The notes beneath the pieces are model-generated. The model saw only the letters and a program-made list of their open reading frames with translations, searched no databases and was not told the origin of the DNA. 64,000 nt of DNA from Octopus vulgaris (Eukaryota): positions 172,856,001 through 172,920,000 of the forward strand of contig OX597815.1 in NCBI GenBank assembly GCA_951406725.2, in the 5' to 3' direction. The position numbers and the translations under genes were made by a program. Numbering within the stretch: position 1 is the first letter of the stretch; each line of letters opens with the position of its first letter. Of the stretch, positions 13,544 to 26,582 are shown piece after piece.

Positions 13544-14089
13544 ACCAACAAAGACTTGTCTTGAAGTGGTAAAGTCTATTTAAAGATGTTGCATCTCTTA
13601 AAAGTGACCAAAAGTGGCATACTGTGCTAGAAAAAGACCTGACCACCTGTTCAAGCATGGTGAAATATAGAATAAAATGTAGAATAAAATGTAGAATAAA
13701 TCTGTGATGGAGGCTGAGATACAAAATATGTATCCACATCTAGGCCTTTCACCCATTTTATACCTTTTATGTTCCCATCAGCTATCCCTCTTACCAATTG
13801 AATACTCTCTCATCTAGTGGCCTTCTCTCTTCAATTCACTGCACTTGGCCCCCTTTTTATTTTAATAAGGGAAACCTATAGATCTGTTCATACACAGATC
13901 ACCCCCGCTGAGGTACTGCATTAAAATAGATGTTCACATCTATACACTCCTCGCTGACATTACTCTTTTACCATCGCTATTCTGACAATCTGTCATCTGT
14001 ACTCTGGTCCAACAGCAAACATCATCCTTCCATGCCTCTAACCATTTTCACAACTAACCATATCTTACTCTCTACATTATTACACGCTG

Positions 14090-14091
<2 letters not shown>

Positions 14092-14168
<77 letters not shown>
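14092..14168. repeat. (TC)n microsatellite
   Basis: Directly visible. Confidence 0.97.
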
Positions 14169-14419
14169 CTTGCATATTGTAACATCATTACTTTGGTTTA
14201 CCTCTTTCATACTCATACTTCTTTCTTTACTTTACCCTTATTCATTTTCTGCTTTCTCTTCTATACAACCATCCCAATCATCCAGCATTTGCCTTCATAG
14301 TCAAACCCCTTTCTCCATCTCACACTAACTCACCTTCTTTTCTACCAAATGTATTGAACAGTGAGGACCCATTTGTCTTCCACATAAAATGCAAGTGAAA
14401 ACAGTACTTATAATAATTG

Positions 14420-15067
14420 AAACACTAGATATGATAAAGAAAAAAACATAAAACAATGCCTGGGCTCACAACTTTGCACATGGTTCAAACAAAAAACAGT
14501 CCTGTTAGACACAGTCCACATTCTACCCAAGTGACTTTCAATTCAATAGCACAACACAAATAATACAGTCTCATCACACAACACAAGTCCTTACAATCAC
14601 CACCCAATAAAATAATTTCTACAATATGCAACCTTACACAATCACCACCAAACAGCATAACAATACCCACATAACAGTATCTATTCTCAATACAATCACA
14701 ACCCAATAAAATATTATAACATATACTTTTACATAATCAATAGCCAACATTAGAACACCAACAACTCACATGACTCACAGTCTCTGCAAATACCATTCAA
14801 TAATACAATAACACAACCCATACAGTACTACTATACACCTTCACCATTCAATGTTAAAAAAAAACATAATGCAATCCATACAATACATATGAAGCACAAA
14901 CACCACATAACTCAAACTGAACGTACTCTACTACATTAAGATAACAGCAGAAACAACAAAATAAATCCAGCAATAAGGTAATACATCCTCAAAACACAAT
15001 ACTCCACACATTTCAGGAACGCAGAGGTACACCAAATAGTGCTGTAGAAACTGGCATAAAAACTTGA

Positions 15068-15097
<30 letters not shown>
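14420..15097 (+). mobile_element. AC-rich strand-biased repeat ending in (TAA)n; related to 7690-8186
   Basis: G-poor top strand with recurring acaatcacc motifs; shared 3' terminus; (AAT)n at 15068-15095. Confidence 0.4.
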
Positions 15098-15098
<1 letters not shown>

Positions 15099-16369
15099 GT
15101 GTTATCATGTACATTGTTTTGTCTTGGTATAAAAGATGGGCTACAGCAAATATTCTGCTCAATACCACAGATTTGCTTGTCAGTTGTTTGACCTTCACCA
15201 GTTGAGCATGTCCCTTAGTGGCTGATGATATGTGCATCTCTGATCACGAGCAGAAATAGTGGGGGAGTATCACAGCCATGTGTTGAGAGGGATTCTGTGG
15301 GGTTTGAATAATTCACATCTGGAAACATGGGTGTTTTGTTCAACATCCTTAAACAACCCTTATTTAGGGACCTTTTGAGTGGGATGGGTATACTGGGCTT
15401 CGTATATTTTACCCAGTGTCACTTTGATGGCATGCACTGCTCTCTCTATATCTTTATGTCTCATTTTTCAAACAGTCTTTGATAGTTCCCCATACTTCTG
15501 TCCTCATCACTACAAAACAAGGAGTAGTGTTATTGCTAGCAAAGCTCTGGCTGGTTTTGTACTGGAGGAGGAAACCTCTCACCCAGCTTCTCAGTCATTA
15601 TTGATCTCTAGTTGGCCCCTAGTACTGATCACTGAGGCCAAGGCAATTTTGTTTGCTTCTGCTCTGACAATGCCTAGGGCTACAACCAGTGATACACTGT
15701 AAACAGCAGCCATGGTCTTTTGCCCTTGGACCAACTCAAGTTGAGTCATTCTTTTTGACCCAGATCATTTGCAAAAGATGGATGATAATAATAGTGATGA
15801 CAATATCAATCAAGGCTGTAAAGTGTGAGGAAAGTATGTGTCATTTGTCTGGAATTTTTTTATTTTTTTATTGTTGACATAAAGACAAAAGGCAAAGTAA
15901 CCTGTTGGGAGTTGAACTTATTACTTCAAGGCCTTCTGCTTGTTGTTCTACTGCATATGTTAATTTCCTACTTTGTAACATGGAAGCAAATTTTGTGGGA
16001 GTGAGTAGTCAATTGCATTGACCTCAGTTTTTGACTCCAGGAACATAAGGGACCAAAATCAATAATGAATCCATATGAACATAGAATGTAAAGGGTCAAA
16101 ATTCAATACTGAATTTTAGTTCCATTTTCTAACATTTCTATTAAATTACTAGCATCATATTAATAATGATTTTCTACATTTTCTCAAAGCTAAAAATTCA
16201 GAGTGGAAATGCTTATTGATTAAATCCCCACTACAATTCTTCATTGGTACTTATTTTATTGACCCCAGTAGGATGAAAAACAAAAATTAACATAAAGGAA
16301 TTTGACCTCAGAACACGCTCACCTTAATAATAATGATGATGATGATGATGATGATGATGATAGATGAAA

Positions 16370-16665
16370 AACACATGGTCTAGTGGTTAGTGTGTTGCAC
16401 TTACGATCACATGATCATAGTTTCAATTCCTAGACCAAGTGGTGCATTGTGTTCTTGAGCAAAACACTTCATCTCACATTGCTCCGTGGCCACTTTGACA
16501 CCTGATGCATGGTACACTGTGCAGCTGTTCAGGCAATGTTGATTTGATGGAGGGTGTGAGCTAATGTGCAGCACAAACATTTGATTACTATAAGCAAATC
16601 ACTTGTGCAGGTCATTCAGCAAAAGCTGAACACTCAGATGTCGTTTTCGACAGGAGAGTCCATAA
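16370..16665 (+). mobile_element. tRNA-derived SINE, family C
   Basis: A-box-like tggtctagtggttag, B-box-like gtttcaattcct, core tgtgttcttgagcaaaacactt; related heads at 44990-45220 and 57270-57500. Confidence 0.8.
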
Positions 16666-16667
16666 AT

Positions 16668-16920
16668 CACCATCATCATTGTTTAATGTCCGGTTTCCAT
16701 GCTAGCATGGGTTGGACGATTTTGACTGAGGGCTGGCAAACCAGATGGCTGCACCAGGCTCCAATCTTGATCTGGCAGAGTTTCTACAGCTGGATGCCCT
16801 TCCTAACACCAACTACTCCGAGAGTGTAGTGGGTGCTTTTTACGTGCCACCGGCACGTGGGCCAGTCAAGCGGTACTGGCAATGACCTCACTCGAATCTT
16901 TTTACATGTGCCAGTGAAGC
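16668..16920 (-). mobile_element. RTE LINE 3' UTR tip
   Basis: Reverse complement of 61860-62050. Confidence 0.9.
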
Positions 16921-16924
16921 GGAT

Positions 16925-17098
16925 AATAATAATAATAATAATCCTTTCTATCACGGGCACAAGGCCTGAAATTTGGAGAAAGGGAGCTAGTCGATTACAT
17001 TGACCCCAGTGTGCAATTGGTACTTATTTTATTGACCCCAGCAGAATTTGAATTCAGAACATAAAGATAGACAAAGTGCTGCTAAACATGTTGCCGCC

Positions 17099-17100
<2 letters not shown>
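16925..17100 (-). mobile_element. SINE family A, internally deleted, within (AAT)n
   Basis: gattacattgaccccagt...gaatttgaattcagaac matches 7410-7620 and 9950-10184. Confidence 0.8.
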
Positions 17101-17136
<36 letters not shown>

Positions 17137-18018
17137 TAATAATAATTTTGATCATAATACTAATTTTTAACTTACACATATGGCCTCAAATTTGGTGGAA
17201 GAGTAAAGTAAGTATCAGTACTCGATTTGTATTTATTTTAATGACCTGGGGGGATTAAAAGCAAGACTGACATTGATGGGAACTGAACTCAGAAAGTAAA
17301 AGGACATGACTAAGTACTGCAAGGATATTTTGCTTTCATTTATACTTTTAGGTTACTTTCATCATTCAAATAAGTACGAGGCATTTAATGGGGATTGATT
17401 CAGTTCAACCATACCCTTCTCCTATAAAAATGTCTTTGTGCCACTATAAGAAAAACTTAATACTAGTCTTGATATTACTCATGTTTAACTCCTTTAAGCT
17501 GTGATTTATGAAGTAAATATATTGCATCAAGTGAAATAAGTATAGTAGGAAAAATCTAACAAAAACACAATAGTGAAGTAGGTGTTTTATAGAAAAACAG
17601 CCAGGAAGGAGTTGTGAATAAACTTACAATGATGATGAGAATAATATGTATTTAAAAGTAATAAAAAGTAAGGTTATCAAAATATTATGATTTGATAATG
17701 AAGACAATCATGATTAAATGTTAGTTTAATGCTTAATTGAAATGAAATATTTAGAAAGTATGGAATAAAATCTATATGTTAATAAATTAACAATTTTAAT
17801 ATTTATTTGAGATCCACAGAGATATGATTTCAATGAAGAGAAAGAGAAAAATCTTTACAATAAAAATTATTAGAATAGTATGCCATACCAAAATGATTGC
17901 ATTTGTAAATTAAATTGACAAAACATATAGGAATCAAAGATTAATTTGAATGAATTATAAAAATTATATTATTTGATATTCATGCATGCTGCATGATGAT
18001 GATGATATATATATATAT

Positions 18019-18295
18019 ATCATCATCATCATCATCCAGCATTTTAAGTCCAAGTTTTGTCCCTGTTAACGAGGGTCAATGCCATAGCAACCACCCTCAC
18101 ACCACCTTGCTGAGTTTTGGGCATCCTCCTTTTTCAAACCAACCCTCCCAATCTCCTCCACCTTTTCCTTGGTCTACCTTGTTTTCGTTCTCCATTTACC
18201 TCAAACGCAATCACCCTCCTCAGAACATGCTCTTCATCCCTCCTCTACACATGCCCATGCCACCTCTCTCCACTCCCCCTTGCCAACCATTCCAA
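18019..18295 (-). mobile_element. RTE-clade LINE 3' fragment of a second family
   Basis: Minus-strand translation RWHGHV*RRDEEHVLRRVIAFEVNGERKQGRPRKRW, then (GAT)n. Confidence 0.8.
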
Positions 18296-19132
18296 GTTTA
18301 GAGACACCATAATGCTTACTAGAAAATTTCAGTATCCAAGATTCAATCATATATGCCTGGTACAAATGTTTACCTGTTGCGATTCTCAGAATTTATACCA
18401 AAGCAATAGTTGGCTTTATTTGGATGAACTGGTTTCACTAACGACCTTAACACAAGACAAAAGAGCAAATTAAATCAATGAGATCTAATTTCAGCTACAT
18501 ATGCAGTTGATAAAACCCCCAAATCTTATTCTTACATTTTTGTGTGCTACGTCAAACGTAAGTGACTGTATATGTGTGTGTGTGTGAGAGAGAGACAGAC
18601 AGACAGAAAGAGAGAGAGAGTGTGTATATGTGTGTGTGTGCGCGCGTGCGTACGTACATACTACTAAGAATTTTTTTGTTGTTTTTTTTTTCAGAATTGA
18701 TTATTGTAGCAAAAAATTTTTGCTGGCACAAAAATAAAATAGAAAAAAGGATTGTTTAAAGCCAGTATTTTGGAAGTTGTAAAACATTCTCAGAATATTA
18801 CAAATTATTCAACAACATGCCATTTAGCCCAGTTCAACAGCCCACATATTTAGGTTGTTTTGCCATAACTGTCAGCTGAAATCACCATCTCAACAATCAC
18901 TTGACTAATTACTTATCTCATTGCACAGGATCATTGATCTCTACCAACTGTACCAACCAATTCATCTCATACAGTCATTAACTTCTCAATCACTGCAGCC
19001 TCAAATTAATCCACCACAGAAAGAGTTTCACATCCTCATTCAGTACTGACTATATATCAACTGAAGAGCACAGTAAAAATAAAGTAACAAATTTATCTTC
19101 GAAAGCTTTCAGATTCTTATATATCTTGCATT

Positions 19133-19365
19133 GAAGGCGGCAAGCCGGCAGAAACGTTAGTGCGCTGGATGAAATGCTTAGCGGTATTTCGTCTGTCGTT
19201 ACGTTCTGAGTTCAAATTCTGCTGAGGTCGACTTTGCCTTTCATCCTTTCGGGGTCAATAAATAAAGTACCAGTTTCACACTGGGGTCGATGTAATCGAC
19301 TTAATCCCTTTGTCTGTCCTTGTTTGTCCCCTCTATGTTTAGCCCCTTGTGGGCAGTAATGAAAT
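19133..19365 (+). mobile_element. tRNA-derived SINE, family A
   Basis: Full-length copy matching 9950-10184; flanked by the direct repeat tatatatcttgcat (~19118-19131 and ~19369-19382), a probable target-site duplication. Confidence 0.92.
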
Positions 19366-20480
19366 ATATATATATCTTGCATCAACGTTAACTTTCCAGT
19401 ATTGAATCTACATCAAATTTCAGCACAATTCGTGAGACATAAAGTAACAGTTATGGAATCCTGTGGAGCCAACCACTGTATTAACAGAAAAATAAAGCCT
19501 TGGAAACAAGCCTGTGGGGGATGACTGAAGACTTTCATACAGTAGTTTACAGAAGGATATGGTTTCCTGTTGCATAATACAATTTAATTTCAGTACAGCA
19601 TCTCACAATATGCATGTTAGTTATACAATAACACAGAGGCACTACTGGATCACAGCTGAAAATTATACTTCAATATTATAGTCATTTACAACTACATGGA
19701 CTGAATTTATTGAAAGTTTAGTATATTTGCCATAGACACAGCTACAGAATGGATAGTGCAAACTCTTTGATCAGTAAGCTAGTGCTCTATTGTCTAGCTG
19801 AAATACTCATGGCAATCATTAATATTCTCATTCATATTACTCATAAAATACTCAATTATTAATATTCAACTTAGCTTTGAAGAAGAGGTGAAACTCTTCC
19901 AATAAGGTTTCATAGACAACAATTGTAAGAGATTCTAGGAAGGTAGTAAAAGATAATTATCTATAACTAATGCTGTGAAGATTTAGGAGAGGGGCTGAAT
20001 ATTATTCTAACAGAGTAAGAGATAATCATAGTCCTTTCTGCAGGGGATAATTGGCACTTGACTTTTACTATCATTAAATACTATGTTATCTGATTCATAT
20101 TTGTTTTGTGGATTGAAAATTTGTCCCTTCTGCCATTTTAAACAATATCATAGAAATCAGTAAAATGTCTAGAATTACTATTTACGCATCAAATATCATA
20201 ACTGATGTAAAGTAAAAATTGAGAAGGTTTATAAAATATAGTGGAATGAAAGAAATCAATTAAATGCATGGATTTGAAATACCTTTAAACTACTACAAAA
20301 CAGATTGCAGTAATAACATAAAATCAGAGGAAAAAAAAAATACAAAACATTAGCATGTTTTTATTCAGAAAAATTACTAGCAGCATAGGAGATGTGTCTA
20401 ATACAAAGAACTAGATGAAATAGTGAAGATAATTGACTATTCCATTAATGTAATTAATAGATTGAAATGAACAACACAAA

Positions 20481-20646
20481 ATGATGATGATGATGATGAT
20501 GATGATGACGAGGAGGAGGGGGAGGAGGAGGAGGAGGAGGAGGAGGAGGAGAAGAAGAAGAAGAAGAAGAAGAAGAAGAAGAAGAAGAAGAAGAAGAAGA
20601 AGAAGAAGAAGAAGAAGAAGAAGAAGAAGAAGAAGAAGAAGAAGAA
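20481..20646. repeat. Compound triplet repeat (ATG)n(GGA)n(GAA)n
   Basis: Directly visible. Confidence 0.97.
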
Positions 20647-22154
20647 ATTGTAATACGTTCATTGGTAGAGAGCAAATGTGAAAAGCATCAACAAGGAATA
20701 TAGAAGATTAATGATAATTTCTTTTTCACAGGTACAAAGCCCCCTTTTTGTAAAGGAGGGTGTATGACTGATATAATCAATTTAAGTATATTGCTAGTAT
20801 TTATTTATTTCTGCTTGATTTATTGATTCTGGAATAATGAAAAGCAATGTCAAACAATTCTGATATGATCTGATCTTAGAACAGAGAGGTACCATTCTAT
20901 TAAGCAGCCAATCTAACATTCTAGTGACATAGCCATCTCTTGTTGAGGTATTATTACTGAGAATCATGTTGGCTATATTTTAAAATCTTCTATATTCTAA
21001 AATCTTAGAAGTGGAACTTTTTAACATAATTCTCGCAACATTCAAAAGATTTCCTTGCTGTAAAGCAAATTCTAAATCACACATATATAGATACATACAC
21101 ACACACATGCGCGTGTGTGTGTGTGAATGTGAGTGATCATCATCATCATTATCATCATCATTTAACATCCAAATTCCATGTGTGTGTGTGTGTATCATCA
21201 TCAACATTTAATATCCAGTGTGTCATCATCATCATCATCATAATTGTTTAATGACCATGTTCCATACTGGCATAGGTTAGAAGGTTTTACAGGATCTAAT
21301 TGGTCCAAGCACTGCATCAATCTCCAGTGTCTACTCTGGCATGGTTTCTACAGTTGGATGCCCTCCATTGGTAGAGTCCCATTATGCAGCATCTTGTACA
21401 AGTGGTTTCTTCTATTGCCCTTGGCAGACCAAAGACTTGTGTGTGGATTTGGTAAATAGAAACTACAGTGCATGGGCATTGTACACATGAATGTTGATAC
21501 CACATATAATCATTAACAGGTCTGACTAAAAAGCAATGACATTGTTTTCTTGCTTCAGTGAACAAATGTTTCATAGCTTAGTAGAATTGCGAGGATTAAT
21601 GGGGGAAAAAATGACTAACTTGACAAACAAGAATTTGACATAGAATGAGGATTCAACCAAAGAAAAAGCTTCCTCATTAAGTTTCGTCTAACCCATGTTG
21701 GCATACAGAAATAAACAGTGATGATGACATATAGTTAATTTCTGTTTCTTTACCATTTTAACAATTCGAAAATATATGTGCACAAATATGTACACAACTG
21801 CAGACACATACATTTGAAAACAAAAAGCATAGCATTTTATTTCATGTACAACCCAACAGGACTAATAAGCTAAACATTGCATTTGAGAAACATCTGAACT
21901 CTGCCAGTATTGTGAATTTTTAGTAACAAAACCCATACATGAGTTCTTGTAATTCTTTAGCTAAGAATATGCTCTCTTTAGATTTTCATGTATCTTGGGT
22001 TTTCATATTACTTCTGCATTTGATAAACAAAATTGCTGACTATGTTTAGATGTACCCATTTGTTGTTAGAGCAATTGCTATGCAAACTTGTCAGTCTGCC
22101 ACTGTTTATATATTTCCATAAATAATATTAGATTTCTATACACATATGCTCCCA

Positions 22155-22204
<50 letters not shown>

Positions 22205-22227
22205 TATATACACATACATACACATAG

Positions 22228-22762
22228 ATACAAGTATAGCTCTGTGGCTAAGAAGTTTGCTTCCAAACCACATAGTTTCAGGTACGGTTCCACTGCATGG
22301 TATCTAGGGCAAATGTCTTCTACTATAGACCCAGGCCAACCAAAGCTTTATGAGTGGGGTTGGTAGATGAAAACTGAAAGAAGTTTGTTGTGTGCATGTG
22401 TGTATGTGTGTGTGTATGCATGTGTGAGTTTGTGTGAGTGAGTTTGTATTTCCATTGTCTTCACATGTTCATTAGCAATAAACAATGCACATTGACAATG
22501 TCACTCCCTTGTATACCCAGGCTCTTTGACATGTCTTTACACATCATGCTGTTTTTGTAAAGAAAATGTTCATTTATATGTTTCCAGTTCTCCACATAAA
22601 CATGTCCAGGCTGCTGTATGATAGACTAGGAGATTATTACTTCACTAGGAAACAGGTAGAAGGTTAGTGAGAGGAAAGGCATCCAACCATAAAAGAAGTC
22701 TGTCCAACATTCTCATGCCTGAACTATGCAAGCATGGAAAAATGGATGTTAAAACAATGATA
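22228..22762 (+). mobile_element. SINE family B, full-length form with an RTE-derived 3' tail
   Basis: Family B head, (TG)n linker, body, then aggaaaggcatccaacc...atgcaagcatggaaaaatggatgttaa matching the RTE 3' end. Confidence 0.8.
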
Positions 22763-22789
22763 AGGAGGAGGGGGTGAATTGCTGATGTG

Positions 22790-23170
22790 TCCAACGACAG
22801 TACTGCCTGACTGGCACTCATGCCAGTGGAACATTAAAAGCACATCCGAACTTGGGGTGTAACCGGACCACTTATGAGTACCCCTCATTCATTGGACATA
22901 TCCCAGCATGATCATTGCCAGTGCCATGGATTGGCTCCCGTGCCGGTGACATGTGAAAAGCACCATTTGAGCATGATCATTGCCAGCATCGCCTTACCAG
23001 CACATGTGCCTGTGGCACATGAAAATCAACATTCGAGTGTGGTCGTTGCCAGTGCCACCGGACTGGCTCCTGTGCAGGTTGCACATAAAAACACCTCACC
23101 AGTCCTCAGTCAAACCGTCCAACCCATGCCAGTATGGAAGGCAGACGTTACACAATGATGATGATGATGA
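22790..23170 (+). mobile_element. RTE LINE 3' UTR fragment with ~62-bp repeat units
   Basis: Units ..cattgccag..ctggctcctgtgc.ggtggcacataaaa; ends acccatgccagtatggaaggcagacgtta..(GAT)n. Confidence 0.85.
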
Positions 23171-23489
23171 TATATACTCTACTATACATTTTGTAGACAG
23201 AAACTGGAAGAAACCTATCTCATATATATATATATATATATATATCAAAGTGTACAACATTATATATCCATTATGGCTGATCTTACCAACCAGCTTCACA
23301 CTAGGGGTTGAACAGAGTGTTAGATAACAGCCCACTCATGTAACTCTGCACACTTCAGAGATGGCAGTTATGGAGTGAAATATGGTGACTGCTCTTTATT
23401 ATTGGAGGTGAAAAGACACATATATACATACACACACACACACATACATACACACACATTGGTGTGTGTGTGTGTGTGTGTGTGTATGC

Positions 23490-23718
23490 ATGTTTGTGCA
23501 TGTTATTGCCTCCTTGCCTTGGCTTCATGTGATAGTTGTAAATAAATGCCACTGTCATGCAAGTGGTGACCTTTGTTTCTGATATTTAGTGGAAATAAAA
23601 CATGTCTAGTTATTGGTGATAGGAAGGGCATCCATCCATAGAAAAATCTGATTCAAACAAATTCCATCTGACCCATGCAAGCATGAAAAAATGGACATTA
23701 AAGCGATGATGATGATGG
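23490..23718 (+). mobile_element. SINE family B body and RTE-type tail
   Basis: Matches 22450-22762 and 50225-50420. Confidence 0.8.
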
Positions 23719-23962
23719 TATATGATAGGCTTCCATAGAGTTATATCTGTTAAATTCCAGTCACAAGATATTGGTCAAACTAAAACTCTGATAGAACATG
23801 CTTACCCAGTTGGGACAAACCAAAACTATGTGACTGAGAAGCAAATTTAACCATACAGTTATATTTGTACTAATACATGCCTCTGTGTGTGTGTGTGTGT
23901 GTGTGTATGTGTGTGCATGTGTGTGTGTGTGTGTGCATGTGTGTGTGTGTGTGTGTGTATGT

Positions 23963-23994
<32 letters not shown>

Positions 23995-24419
23995 ACATGC
24001 GCAGATACATATACAAGTGGGGATTATAAAGACAAATTAAAATGAAAAACTAGCATTCAGTAATAAAAGAATCAAAACAATATCTTAATTAAAAGATGTA
24101 TAGCCCCTGTAATATAACAATGTATGTTTAATTAAGTTATTGTGTTTTTGACGTTGTTATTATCAGCATCATCATCATCATCGTCATTATCATTGTTACT
24201 GTTGTTGTTGTTGTTGATGTTAATCAGTCTATTACAATTAGAAGTAGTTGGAAAACATTTTTCTCATTTATTCCAATCCATGTTAAACATTAGTCTTGAT
24301 CAATTTTGACTACTCATCCTAATACATCAGAACTTATTTCATCAATATTCAGTGTAGTAAAATGTTAAGCTGACCCTTAAAACTCTCAAACCAATCATCT
24401 CCAATGACTGAAAAAGCAG

Positions 24420-24740
24420 CAAACTAGTCAATTGCTGCAATAGTAACGGAAAAGTGCAAGAGATGTGTAAACTATATGTGATCCAAGTAAATTAATCAAT
24501 TACTGAAAATGGTAGAAGAAGCATAATGCAAGATAGATTTGGGATGGAATCTATACAGTTTGGATTTGTGCCATAATGTGGAACTACTATCATTTTATCT
24601 CTGGTGAGAGACCTGCAAAAGATGTTATTGGCAAAAAACAAATAATATGCTGCTTACTAAGCTTCAAGAAGTTTACCATACTTTGAGGTCTAGTGAACAG
24701 AGAATGCTTAGTATTGATGAACAGGTTTTGACAGTTGTTT
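24420..24740 (+). mobile_element. Heavily degraded RTE RT fragment
   Basis: IQFGFVP*CGTT..LVRDLQK..LAKNK corresponds to MQFGFVPGKSTT..LVRQLQEKYLAK at 59924. Confidence 0.65.
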
Positions 24741-24749
24741 AATTCTGTT

Positions 24750-25150
24750 TCCATGGCTATCCTCACCTATGGTCATGATGAATATTGGGTAATGACAGAA
24801 AGAGTATGATTGTGAATTCATGTGGCTGAAATGGGATTCCACCAAAGGATCTATAGAGTAATGTTACTCAGTAGGGTGTGTAGCTCAGAGATCTGGGAGT
24901 CTCTCACAGTGAAGCCACTACTTAGCATTGAGAGGTCACAGCTTCAGAACTACAAACATATGATTAGAATGCTGCAAGAAAGAATCACAAGACAGACTCT
25001 TCAAACTGTGCCAATCAGCAGGAAAACTAAGGATAGACCAAGAATGAGATGGCTGAATAATATCCAGTCTCAGATAGCTGTACTTGGGAATCCAGCTGCA
25101 AAATCTAATGATGGTAGCTTCTGATAGGACCATATGGAGGAAATACCGGA
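24750..25150 (+). mobile_element. Rex3/Expander-like RTE 3' fragment
   Basis: LTYGH..WVMTERV..AEMGF..VKPLLSIERSQL..RPRMRW, typical of Rex3/Expander C-termini. Confidence 0.8.
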
Positions 25151-25658
25151 GCACTCTACCTCCTTGAGAATGGAAAAGATGAATAGATGGAATATAGGAT
25201 AAGGCCAGCTGTGAGTCCTATGAAATTTTTAGTGTAAAAATATGTATGCACAAGGTCCATCTCTACCCTCAGATTTTTTCTCTTTATTTTTGTAAGAAAT
25301 TGAATGGTTGCATGACTTGAGGTAGATTAGCAAAGCTTTGATAAAAAATGTAAATTGTTGGTTGAAAGGGAATGTTAGAAGGTATTCAGTGTGGTCCTGT
25401 AACAAGAATATGATAAAATGAAATTGATGAACTAAGAGGAGAGTTAATCAGATGAAGAATGTTTTCTGAAGGAATAGTTTTGTAAAGTTATACAGGAATT
25501 TTATTGAAGGAATAAGAATTACGGAGTTATAATTATGAATGTAAACTTATAATGCTTAGCTAAAAACTGTGATGACCACACTGAAAATGTGGAGTTCTTA
25601 GTTGTTGCTACATTTTGATTTCTGGTGAAATTCTATAAGAACTAGGTGAAAATTTTCT

Positions 25659-25886
25659 TTAACCTTTTTGCATTTAAAGCAGCTATATCCAGCCCAAGTA
25701 TTATACCTGTTTTATGTTCAAACCAGCCAAATCTAGCCTCTTACATCTACCCTACAATATCATTCTAAAAATATACAATCACATCATCAGAATCACAAAG
25801 CGACAAGGTAATGCATGATTAATTCAAAACAATGTGAATAGATAAGTAATACATTTGACTAAGTAATCTGGATGCTAAAGAGTTAA
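25659..25886 (+). mobile_element. piggyBac-like MITE
   Basis: TTAA-cctttttgcat ... atgctaaagag-TTAA terminal inverted repeats; three copies in the window. Confidence 0.8.
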
Positions 25887-26398
25887 AAGAACTATTTGTA
25901 AAATTATCTCACATAATTGAACTGGATTTGAATATATCAGCAAACAAAATCAAATAAGGATTTCATTGTGCTGATCAAAATTAACTAATTAAAGGAGATT
26001 GTTTTGTCTTTTAAAACTGAGTAAAAATGTTTATCCATCTTTATATGCATCTAAATGTTTGAATTGTGAACATTTTTAGAATTTGAAATATATATATTTT
26101 CTATGCACAAAAGTTAATATTCTATATCGTCATTATTATAGTGAGGGACATTGCTTCACCAAAATTGAAATGTCATAAAGACTTCAGAATAGTAAGTAGT
26201 TAATATTTTTTCATGACATTCCCAGTTTGATGTCATAAAAAATCCATAGGCAGTGAATGGGTTTGCTGAAGAAAAATTAAGGAGTACTCTTAGTAAAAGA
26301 GTATAGATAACTTAAGTAAGAAAATTTAAATTGTATCAGCGAAAAACAAGAGGTCTAGGAAAACAAATGAATGCAACCATTTGGGAATGAAAGGCCTG

Positions 26399-26399
<1 letters not shown>

Positions 26400-26474
<75 letters not shown>

Positions 26475-26490
26475 ATATATGTATGTATGC
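26400..26490. repeat. (TA)n/(TATG)n microsatellite
   Basis: Directly visible. Confidence 0.97.
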
Positions 26491-26582
26491 GTGTATTACT
26501 TAAGCAAAATTATGAAATATTCTGAAGGGGTAATTCAAAACACCAAATATATAGAAAATATTCTATAGTTATCTGAAGTCTT

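Noticed and set aside
15222-15230. CTGATGA motif (also minus-strand hits at ~8512, ~39300, ~52539, ~57200)
   Set aside because: No correctly placed GAAA or flanking stems were seen
20411-20681. Poly-L, poly-S/P/H and poly-R ORFs
   Set aside because: Frames of a compound triplet repeat, with no splice or homology support
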